DNA of 64,000 nt from positions 124,001 to 188,000 of IMG/VR virus record IMGVR_UViG_3300017786_003484; one strand, given 5' to 3'. Of this stretch, positions 9,630 to 17,483 are shown one piece after another; position 1 is the stretch's first letter, and each line of letters opens with the position of its first letter. The notes under the pieces are model-generated. The model was not told where the DNA came from, did not search any database, and saw only the letters and a program-made list of their open reading frames with translations. A program made the translations under genes and the position numbers.

Positions 9630-10067
9630 ATGGATGCAACAAAACTTGGGATTGATTTTGCAGAACTTATAACACCTGGTTTAACAATTTTAATCGCACT
9701 AGTATTTACTATGTGGTTTAAAGATCTAGCAACAAAAATGGCAAAAGGTGTAATGTTCAAAATGAACAGAGCATTTAACGAAGGCGATTCTGTTATCATT
9801 GATGGACAAGATGCAGTTATTGTTCGCATTGGAATGACAGAAACAGTTTTTGGAATATACGGAGAAAAAGGCTATACCTGGAGATATGTTCCTAACGAAC
9901 GTATTCCTATGTTAAAATTGGAAAAAATTGTTAATAAAGATGTACATTTAGATACTCCAATGGAAAAGGCTCTACAAATACAAAAACAACTTGACGAGTT
10001 ACAGAATCAACGTATCAGCGAAAATCAAGCAAAAATTGACGAAATGTCTAAATCAAAAAAGAAGTAA
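9630..10067 (+). CDS. Truncated MscS-like mechanosensitive channel protein
   Basis: One TM, then FNEGDSVIIDG..AVIVRIG beta domain; GGAGG SD. Confidence 0.6.
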   Translation: MDATKLGIDFAELITPGLTILIALVFTMWFKDLATKMAKGVMFKMNRAFNEGDSVIIDGQDAVIVRIGMTETVFGIYGEKGYTWRYVPNERIPMLKLEKIVNKDVHLDTPMEKALQIQKQLDELQNQRISENQAKIDEMSKSKKK

Positions 10068-10207
10068 TGGTATATACAAAACAACAAATTGATAGACTAC
10101 TAACAAATGCTAGAATTGCCTATGATACATGTAAAGGTGATTGGGGTAAAAATTATTGGTCAAATGTTTTATATGAATTACAGAAGAAATTTAATTTGTT
10201 AAACTAG
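10067..10207 (+). CDS. 46-aa hypothetical protein (not in the ORF track)
   Basis: TAATG-coupled start; MVYTKQQIDRLLTNARIAYDTCKGDWGKNYWSNVLYELQKKFNLLN. Confidence 0.6.
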   Translation: MVYTKQQIDRLLTNARIAYDTCKGDWGKNYWSNVLYELQKKFNLLN

Positions 10208-10855
10208 ATAGCCTTTTTTGTCTAAACGTTCTACAAGTTCTATCCATGAAATTTGTGGTTCAAGTTCAACAGTAATATTAACTCTATGTTCTTGTATATC
10301 ATCAAGATCTAACTTATGAGCCTTATCAACATGGTTCCAACAAGGTCCAGGATCTTGTTCAACATGTACTGGTTCGCCCCAGTCCCCATCTCCTGCCAAG
10401 TAACTGAAACCTCGTTCCATTCTTTGTGTTTTACTATTCCATTGCTCAAATTTTCTTTCTAGCATTTTAGGATCTTCTACGCCAGTTTTCCACCAACTTA
10501 TTTTAGCACCAACAATTCCTTGTATTGGTACGTTTAGCCTAGCAATCATAGGTATATCAAATTTATGTGCGTCACAATGTGGTTTTGCGGCATGAGCACC
10601 TTTATAACCAATAAACAAACAAAATCTTCTAAAGCCTAATTCTAATTCTTCTACATGATCTTTCATACGTTTACCAATAGGACTGTTATCAAATATAGCC
10701 TGATCTAAATTTGCTTTATCAAATTTTGCTCCGTACTTTTCATATAATTTATCTAGTGCTACCTGTGCATGTGGCATTAAGTCAGTTTTAGCCCATTCCA
10801 ACTCTTCTTTAGTTGGTTCTAAGTGTGGCATTGGTATATGATAATCTAAGTTCAT
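10199..10855 (-). CDS. Putative 2OG-Fe(II)/DSBH-fold oxygenase
   Basis: PHCD...RLNVP...AHKL...RVNITV. Confidence 0.6.
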   Translation of the reverse strand: MNLDYHIPMPHLEPTKEELEWAKTDLMPHAQVALDKLYEKYGAKFDKANLDQAIFDNSPIGKRMKDHVEELELGFRRFCLFIGYKGAHAAKPHCDAHKFDIPMIARLNVPIQGIVGAKISWWKTGVEDPKMLERKFEQWNSKTQRMERGFSYLAGDGDWGEPVHVEQDPGPCWNHVDKAHKLDLDDIQEHRVNITVELEPQISWIELVERLDKKGYLV

Positions 10856-11610
10856 TTAATATTGTTTCCATATTTTTCAATACTACGGTCTAATAGTTCT
10901 TCGTAACCTTTCCATTCCCAACTAAGACTAATACTACACAGAATTTTACTATAGAAACTACCATCTTCTTTTTGTAGTTTATGAGCTCCATGACACCATG
11001 TATCATTGTTGTAAACAAAGGCACTACTTTCTAAACCTCTTGTTTCAACATAACAAGCTCTTTCTGTATCAAATGGAATTCTTTCTGCTCCAATACCTTG
11101 TGATCCTTCGCCTAATGGCTGTAACCAAAATGTTGGTGTAGGATTTTCGTCTTGTATCATAATTCTGAGACTATTTGGATAAGGTAACTGCTCGTTTTTA
11201 TCTTTGTGTATTCCAATAGGTCGTTGGTTACTCCAAAATAATATTTGACTTATTCCGTTTGTTGGAATGTTTGTATGAAGGTAATCAATAAACTTAGGTA
11301 GTATATTTTTACCATCTATCATTGGTTTTGTCCAACGGTCATCTGCTCCTGGGCTATCAATAATATTAATGCCATTCCAATTTGGCATTGTATATTCATT
11401 TAGTTTTCCTGTCAGTTTATGCATACGTTCTGCTTCGTAAGGACTATCAGTATATCTTTCATCTGGTTTTAGTCTAACGATAGGAGCATTATGAGTATTC
11501 CACATTTCCTGAAATGCATCATCCATAACAACAGGAGGAATGTCTAAAACCACAAATGGAATTCCTTTATATTTCTCCGCAAAGTGTCTTGGATAGTTAC
11601 TGTTTCTCAT
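10852..11610 (-). CDS. Putative 2OG-Fe(II)/DSBH-fold oxygenase, paralog of 56061
   Basis: IHKD..PNSLRIMIQDENPTPTF...CHGA; probable start MRNSNY, 5 nt after TATAAATA. Confidence 0.6.
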   Translation of the reverse strand: MRNSNYPRHFAEKYKGIPFVVLDIPPVVMDDAFQEMWNTHNAPIVRLKPDERYTDSPYEAERMHKLTGKLNEYTMPNWNGINIIDSPGADDRWTKPMIDGKNILPKFIDYLHTNIPTNGISQILFWSNQRPIGIHKDKNEQLPYPNSLRIMIQDENPTPTFWLQPLGEGSQGIGAERIPFDTERACYVETRGLESSAFVYNNDTWCHGAHKLQKEDGSFYSKILCSISLSWEWKGYEELLDRSIEKYGNNIK

Positions 11611-11615
11611 ACTAC

Positions 11616-11623
11616 TATTTATA
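11616..11623 (-). promoter_or_regulatory. T4-late-type promoter motif TATAAATA
   Basis: TATAAATA-GTAGT-ATG on the minus strand. Confidence 0.55.
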
Positions 11624-11685
11624 TTTAGGTAATACAAGGGTTGCTCAAAACTATAATTATTAGTATAAAAACATTGGGGACTACA

Positions 11686-11880
11686 TTGGCAGAAAATAAA
11701 AAACCTAAAGCACAAAAAACAACAGAAGAAGAAATTGCAGAATTTCTAGCAAAAGGTGGAGTAATAAAAAAGATTCCAATGGGAGAAAAAGGATATACTG
11801 CCGTTAATGTTTGGGGCAGACGTGTTAAGAAGCCTGACACAAAAACACCTTCTAAGACTACTAAAACTAAGAAAAAGTAA
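11686..11880 (+). CDS. Small basic protein with a SutA-like RNA-polymerase-binding motif
   Basis: EEEIAEFLAKGGVIKKIP; TTG start after GGGGA. Confidence 0.55.
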   Translation: MAENKKPKAQKTTEEEIAEFLAKGGVIKKIPMGEKGYTAVNVWGRRVKKPDTKTPSKTTKTKKK

Positions 11881-11922
11881 TAGTACGCCTTTAACTCAAT
11901 ATAAAACTATTTTAAATATTAG

Positions 11923-12081
11923 ATGAAAAACATAATCTCATTCGTAGGTGTCTTTCATATTTGTGTTTTCCTATTTTTCTATACATTTTTATGGGTAGAA
12001 TATCCTCCCTTAATGTATATGATGTTAATATGGGCAATTCCTGCTTGGCTACTTTTATTATATATTTCTATTACTAAATAA
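11923..12081 (+). CDS. 52-aa membrane protein (not in the ORF track)
   Basis: MKNIISFVGVFHICVFLFF...WLLLLYISITK, 2 TM; preceded by TTTAAATA-TTAG. Confidence 0.5.
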   Translation: MKNIISFVGVFHICVFLFFYTFLWVEYPPLMYMMLIWAIPAWLLLLYISITK

Positions 12082-12146
12082 TTGGTAAGGCAAACTTATA
12101 AAGAAATGTTAAGTAACATTATAAGCAAATTCGTAGGAGAATACAC

Positions 12147-12512
12147 ATGGCAGAATATTGGGGTTATCATACACTCTTTGACTGTTTACACGGCGATATT
12201 GATAAAGTACGTTCTGGAGAAAATATTAAAAACTTCATAGAAGAACTAGTTGATGCTATCGGAATGAAAGCATATGGCGATCCTATAATTGAACATTTTG
12301 CAACACATGATCCAGATGCGGCAGGACATAGTTTAGTTCAACTAATTGAAACAAGTTCTATAACAGGACATTTCGTTGATAAAAACGGAGACCTTTATAT
12401 AGATGTGTTTTCCTGTATGGAATATGATGTACAAGTAGCACAGTCTGTTGTACAAAAATATTTTTCTCCTGAAAGAATTAGAGTAAATTACTTAACTAGA
12501 CAGGCTAGTTAA
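12147..12512 (+). CDS. speD: Pyruvoyl-dependent AdoMetDC (SpeD/SpeH)-family decarboxylase
   Basis: WGYH..FD, G.SLVQLIETSSITGHF, YIDVFSC; substrate uncertain. Confidence 0.8.
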   Translation: MAEYWGYHTLFDCLHGDIDKVRSGENIKNFIEELVDAIGMKAYGDPIIEHFATHDPDAAGHSLVQLIETSSITGHFVDKNGDLYIDVFSCMEYDVQVAQSVVQKYFSPERIRVNYLTRQAS

Positions 12513-12513
12513 T

Positions 12514-12786
12514 ATGTCAAAGAAAAAATACCCCTTCTGGGCTAGAGCAAATCATCACTTAGATCATTCTAATATGGGATATTGGTATCACCTTTGGCAT
12601 TCGTTTTATAACGGAAGTAGACTTTTGGCATTTGTTCTAACCAGTTATATTCATGGTATTTTTCCTTGGTTGTTTAAGTTTCATGCCGCCCACGGAGTCA
12701 TTCGTATTAATGAGGAATTAAAAAGAATGCCTCATTTAAAAAAGGCAATGGACGAGATAGCAGAAGAGTATAAAAAGAAGGATTAA
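12514..12786 (+). CDS. DUF6356-like small protein, paralog of 46968
   Basis: HL....MGYWYHL...IHGIFPWLF. Confidence 0.6.
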   Translation: MSKKKYPFWARANHHLDHSNMGYWYHLWHSFYNGSRLLAFVLTSYIHGIFPWLFKFHAAHGVIRINEELKRMPHLKKAMDEIAEEYKKKD

Positions 12787-12789
12787 GTT

Positions 12790-13590
12790 TTGTCTTGGGG
12801 TAACCAAATTAAAGAGAAGGTCTCTTTCTTCCATATGAATGCATGGAAAAGAAGGCCTAATGCTAACATATTTTATAGTCCAGGAGTTGACAGATGTTTT
12901 GCAGTCGACACCTTTGATCCTTATACAGCATTTGATGTTGCTAAGATATTAAGCAGTAAAATGCCAGCCATTGCAGTAATTGTATTACATTTTGAAGATA
13001 GAACAGATGTTAATAATAGTAATGTTACAGATTTTACAATAACAGATAAACAAGTAATTGGTGGAGCCGCTGGGTTATTATTCAGTAGGCAGACTCCTGT
13101 ATTTAGAAAAATGCAAAAGCCAGTTTTAGAATTCTGTGAAAGTATGCCTTTAGATTATATGCCAGGCTCAAATGGATATAATACTTTTATGAAGTTCTCA
13201 GAATATACTAAATTTGTAATACGTTGTTGGCATGCAACAAAATTGTTTGATATGGTGCATAACTTTTTACCAATGGAAGAGTTTGCAAACGAATATCTTT
13301 CTGGAGAAGTACCAGACGATATGTGCTTACCAGCAGATAGTAGTAACACAACAACATCTGACTTAGGACCTAAAAATGAAATTCGTAGAATACTTTATAA
13401 TGCAGATTCTATAGACGAAGCAATGTCTAAGATTGCTGATATGTGGAGAAATAACAATACTCCACATTCCTTTCCTATGCGAAAGATGTTTTATGCAATA
13501 CTTAATCACCCTGACTATCCAGAACCAGAAGATTTAGGTAAGTCACAATCAGATACTGATTTAACACATTACTCAGGTTATCTATTATGA
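12790..13590 (+). CDS. Unknown protein; partner of PP-loop paralog B, paralog of 25314
   Basis: YSPGVDR...AKILSSK.P and RILY...IDEA.S.I..W shared with 25314; ATGA overlap with the next gene. Confidence 0.75.
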   Translation: MSWGNQIKEKVSFFHMNAWKRRPNANIFYSPGVDRCFAVDTFDPYTAFDVAKILSSKMPAIAVIVLHFEDRTDVNNSNVTDFTITDKQVIGGAAGLLFSRQTPVFRKMQKPVLEFCESMPLDYMPGSNGYNTFMKFSEYTKFVIRCWHATKLFDMVHNFLPMEEFANEYLSGEVPDDMCLPADSSNTTTSDLGPKNEIRRILYNADSIDEAMSKIADMWRNNNTPHSFPMRKMFYAILNHPDYPEPEDLGKSQSDTDLTHYSGYLL

Positions 13591-14888
13591 ACTTAGATAC
13601 AAAGTTATATTACACATCAGTTAATTGGGACGGCCAGGAAGGAAATAAGTTTTGGGAGAAAACTTACGACGAAGTAGGAGCAGGAGGCAAGTTTGTAATT
13701 GACTTTGCCAGAAGAATTAATCCAAATAGATTCTCTACAAGAGATAATTCAACATGGACTCTTCCTTGGCCTGACGAGATTTTACCCAAGTACAAACTAG
13801 TTCAATACGATCCTAACTATACAGGTTCTTTTGCTGAAGCGTCAGATAGTAAAGCAATGGAATATGCTAGACGTATTGATAAGAATAATGAGAAATTTGC
13901 TATCATGTATTCCGGAGGATTAGACTCAACAATCATTACAACGGCGTTAATTAAAAATTTAACAAAAGAACAACTTAAAAACGTTTCTATCTGTACTAGT
14001 GTTCAGGCAGTAGTTGAAAATCCAAATTACTGGAGAAAGTTTATCTTTGGTAAATTTAAAATTATTGATTCGATGGTAAACAAATATGATACTTTACTAG
14101 AACTAGGATATACTCCAGTAACAGCAGATGACGGAGATTGTATTCATGGAACAGTATTAGGTTTAAACTTTTATCATGCATGGGAACAAAAGATTGGCGA
14201 AAGGTTAACAGCAGATCAGAGGGCTCATGTAAGAAACAACTTGCATAAACTTAGTGATAAAGACACACATTTTAGTGTATTTGAAGATGCATTAGTTGAG
14301 TACTTTCAGTATAGCAATACACCATGGTGGCCTGTTCCTAAGAATTTAAATCCAGATCCAATGTTTGGTCGTAAACTATACGACAAGTATGCCTTAAATG
14401 CAAAAACAGCATCTTGTCCTGTTATTAGTTTGCAAGATTTCTTTTGGTGGTTAATTTTTAATGTTAAAATGATAAACTGTGGAGTTCGAGGTGCAATGTA
14501 TTATAACGATCGTTATGATATGAATATAGCAATAAACAAGATTGAGAATTGGTACTTATGGCCAGCATATCAACAGTGGTCAATGAATAACAATAATAAC
14601 GGACAAAAAATTGGATACGGTGCTGGTACATATAAGAAAGTCGCAAGGGACTATATTTTTGAGTTAGATCAAAATATATGGTATAGAGATTTTAAGTTGA
14701 AACTTGAAAGCATGGGACAGAATAGTGTTCGTCAAAAAGTTGATACAACTGTTTACCCAAAACCCATGCATAGGTTTGGTATTACAACTGACTACAAGAT
14801 GTTAGATGTATTAGATGTAAATGTACAAGATTATATTAAGCATCATTTGTCCAAATTTGAGATTACTTGGAGTGAGGAAACAAAATGA
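13587..14888 (+). CDS. Asparagine-synthetase-like PP-loop ATPase, paralog B
   Basis: YSGGLDST, TADDGDCIHGT, DFFWWLIFNVK, YQQWSM, YK..ARDYI. Confidence 0.8.
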   Translation: MNLDTKLYYTSVNWDGQEGNKFWEKTYDEVGAGGKFVIDFARRINPNRFSTRDNSTWTLPWPDEILPKYKLVQYDPNYTGSFAEASDSKAMEYARRIDKNNEKFAIMYSGGLDSTIITTALIKNLTKEQLKNVSICTSVQAVVENPNYWRKFIFGKFKIIDSMVNKYDTLLELGYTPVTADDGDCIHGTVLGLNFYHAWEQKIGERLTADQRAHVRNNLHKLSDKDTHFSVFEDALVEYFQYSNTPWWPVPKNLNPDPMFGRKLYDKYALNAKTASCPVISLQDFFWWLIFNVKMINCGVRGAMYYNDRYDMNIAINKIENWYLWPAYQQWSMNNNNNGQKIGYGAGTYKKVARDYIFELDQNIWYRDFKLKLESMGQNSVRQKVDTTVYPKPMHRFGITTDYKMLDVLDVNVQDYIKHHLSKFEITWSEETK

Positions 14889-15457
14889 GAATAAAAGGTA
14901 GAGTGAAACAAGATGCTAAAGGTATGGATGTTCAAATATGGCACACAGATACCATTGGGCAGGAACCACTTTTAACAGCATCTTATTATAGAGCAACATT
15001 ATTTTTACTAGAAAAAGGTTGGGGTATGACTCCTTATGAATTAGCATCAAGTTCACATAGAGCAATATTTTTAACAACTACAACAGAACCAGAAGAATTT
15101 TTAGGTGGAGTTATTTGGGAATATCATTCTTATAACAAACAGGCAATGATTGTTTTAATCTGGACAGAGGACAAGTGGAGAGGTAGACACTTATATACTT
15201 TACTACAACACGAACTTGAAAGAGAAAGTGTAATATGCGGAGGTACTAGTATTGCAAGTATGGCTCATGCTGATAACGAGCCAAGACTAAAAGCTGGAGC
15301 AAGAGAAGGCATGTTTCCTCAATTTCATAGGCTTTATAAAGATCTAACTCCAGATCTATTTGAGAGAAAAAAGCAAATATCCGAAGAAGCCGGAAAGCCC
15401 TGGAGAGAAATTAATCGAGACAGATATAAATTAGAATCTCGTATGACAACAAAATAG
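14885..15457 (+). CDS. GNAT-family acyltransferase
   Basis: IWTEDKWRGRHLY (acyl-CoA motif), HADN...K.G. Confidence 0.7.
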   Translation: MRIKGRVKQDAKGMDVQIWHTDTIGQEPLLTASYYRATLFLLEKGWGMTPYELASSSHRAIFLTTTTEPEEFLGGVIWEYHSYNKQAMIVLIWTEDKWRGRHLYTLLQHELERESVICGGTSIASMAHADNEPRLKAGAREGMFPQFHRLYKDLTPDLFERKKQISEEAGKPWREINRDRYKLESRMTTK

Positions 15458-15487
15458 GTTGACAGCAGTATTCTAATAGTGTATTAT
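15457..15487 (+). promoter_or_regulatory. Sigma70-type promoter for tRNA-Arg
   Basis: GG-TTGACA-17 nt-TATTAT. Confidence 0.7.
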
Positions 15488-15506
15488 AACGAACAATTTG
15501 GAATAA

Positions 15507-15583
15507 CTGCCCTTAGCTCAGCTGGATAGAGCAACTGCCTTCTAAGCAGTAGGTCGCAAGTTCGAATCTTGCAGGGCAGGCCA
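15507..15583 (+). tRNA. tRNA-Arg(UCU)
   Basis: CTGCCCT/AGGGCAG acceptor stem, ACTGC-CT-TCT-AA-GCAGT, T-loop, CCA. Confidence 0.97.
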
Positions 15584-15599
15584 AATGCAAGGATTAATA

Positions 15600-16259
15600 A
15601 TGTCTGAGAAAAGAATACTAACATTTGAAGAGACAGAGCGAGATCAAAAATTACACGTTGACTGGGTTTTAGAAAAAACAAATTTTAAAAGAAATGGCTT
15701 CTTTGTTGAAATGGGTGCAGTTGATGGCATCAGACTGAGTAATACATTAACATTAGAACGAGATTATAATTGGTCAGGAATCTTAGCAGAGCCTGATCCA
15801 AGACATCACGAAAGCCTAAAAAACAATAGACCTGGTAGTAGTATTGAGTTTGATTGTGTTTGGGCAAACTCTGGAAAAACAAAAACATTCTTTCAATCTA
15901 AAAAAATTACAGATCAACGCAGTACACTTTCAGATTTTGCAGAAGAAGGCGATGCAAAAGAAATTCGAAAAAAATGGCCTACATTTGATGTTAAAACTAT
16001 AAGCCTATTAGATATGCTTGATAAGCATAATGCACCAAAGTATATAGACTATCTTAGCCTTGACACTGAAGGTAGTGAATATCAAATTCTTAGAACTTTT
16101 GATTTTAGCAAATACAAGTTTGGATTGATTACAGTAGAGTGGAATCATCATAAAAGAAGAGGACAACGTATCTGCGATCTTCTAACATCTAATGGTTATT
16201 ACATACCTGAAGACTCGAAAGACATATTTGAATTTGACTATGCATTTGTTAATAAATAG
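15600..16259 (+). CDS. FkbM-family methyltransferase
   Basis: FFVEMGAVDG..SNT, GILAEP, IDYLSLDTEGSE. Confidence 0.9.
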   Translation: MSEKRILTFEETERDQKLHVDWVLEKTNFKRNGFFVEMGAVDGIRLSNTLTLERDYNWSGILAEPDPRHHESLKNNRPGSSIEFDCVWANSGKTKTFFQSKKITDQRSTLSDFAEEGDAKEIRKKWPTFDVKTISLLDMLDKHNAPKYIDYLSLDTEGSEYQILRTFDFSKYKFGLITVEWNHHKRRGQRICDLLTSNGYYIPEDSKDIFEFDYAFVNK

Positions 16260-16263
16260 TGGT

Positions 16264-16626
16264 ATGGAAGCCGTTTTTCTTTTCTTATTAATATTCAAAC
16301 ATGCCATAGTAGACGTTGGACTACAAAGACACTTGGGTGTACAAAAGAAACACCAATGGCTTAGCCCTAAAGCCCAAATACATTATCTAAGTCACGGTGC
16401 TGGTACTTTTATAGTATTAGTGACACTTGATCCTGCTCTAGCATTAATTGCTGGATTATGTGATTGGATTGCACATTGGCATATTGACTTTACAAAAACT
16501 AACATTAACAACAAATACGAACTAAACAATGCAGATTATGCTTATTGGTGGCTCCTTACTATTGATCAATTATTGCATTACACAACATATTTTCTTATAA
16601 TATATTTTATATTTTTGAATCTTTAA
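16264..16626 (+). CDS. DUF3307-like membrane protein
   Basis: KH..VD..LQ, HWHID..K, IDQLLH; start after AATAAATA-GTGGT. Confidence 0.7.
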   Translation: MEAVFLFLLIFKHAIVDVGLQRHLGVQKKHQWLSPKAQIHYLSHGAGTFIVLVTLDPALALIAGLCDWIAHWHIDFTKTNINNKYELNNADYAYWWLLTIDQLLHYTTYFLIIYFIFLNL

Positions 16627-16681
16627 ATGTCTAGTTTATCCTTTATTTTGGTAAATATTGACGTTATAAAGGATTTAAAAT

Positions 16682-17464
16682 ATGCTATCAGAAATGGATT
16701 TTAAGGAGCAATCTCATCTATTTTCGCTCCTAGCGGGTATCGCTTACAAGGATGAAAAACAAGCCACTAAAGAATACAAGAGTCACGGTTTTACTCAAGT
16801 TAAATTTGTTGATGTTGATTCAAGTCAGGCATATGTTATCTGGAACACGAAAGATCTAGTTATATGCTGTCGAGGAACTGAACCAACTGAATTTAAGGAT
16901 ATTGCCGCTGATGTTAGATGTTTTTTAGTTCGGCCAGCTACAGGTCAAAAAGGAAGAGTACACAAAGGATTTAAAGTAAGTGTTGATAGAATCTGGCCTA
17001 GTATTACAAGCACATTAAAATTAAAAAAACAAAAAGTATGGGTTTGTGGACATTCATTAGGAGGTGCTATGGCATGCCTAATAGGAAATCGTTTCCACGA
17101 AATAGAAGACTTACCTTTGGTTGAAGGAGTATTTACTTACGGAGAACCACGGTCAGGTAATAAAAAGTTTGTCAACCATAGTCTTAGTGTACCGCATATT
17201 AGGTGGGTTAATGGTGCTGATATTGTGCCTAAGGTTCCACCGGATATCCTAAACCGATATAAGCATCACGGAGATTTACATTATATGAACCATTGGGGTA
17301 ATGTAAGAACTATGACATATTGGCAAGCAGTAAAGGATCAATGGAGAGGATTTTGGAAAGGAATTGTAAGAGGTAAAATCAATTTTTTTATCAACCACAG
17401 CATTGATAGATATCAAGCAAATTTAGAACGTTATAAGAACGGCGACGAACGCCCTCAAATATAA
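16682..17464 (+). CDS. Class 3 lipase (alpha/beta hydrolase)
   Basis: CRGTE, VHKGF, GHSLGGA, TYGEPR, DIVPKVP, C-terminal His. Confidence 0.9.
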   Translation: MLSEMDFKEQSHLFSLLAGIAYKDEKQATKEYKSHGFTQVKFVDVDSSQAYVIWNTKDLVICCRGTEPTEFKDIAADVRCFLVRPATGQKGRVHKGFKVSVDRIWPSITSTLKLKKQKVWVCGHSLGGAMACLIGNRFHEIEDLPLVEGVFTYGEPRSGNKKFVNHSLSVPHIRWVNGADIVPKVPPDILNRYKHHGDLHYMNHWGNVRTMTYWQAVKDQWRGFWKGIVRGKINFFINHSIDRYQANLERYKNGDERPQI

Positions 17465-17483
17465 AGCAAAGGTAATTCATTAA

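Noticed and set aside
11923-14888. Canonical lasso-peptide cluster
   Set aside because: No transglutaminase-like B2 protease, RRE or leader-core precursor was recognised near the AsnB-like genes
15484-15681. Minus-strand 65-aa ORF
   Set aside because: Antisense to tRNA-Arg and the FkbM gene
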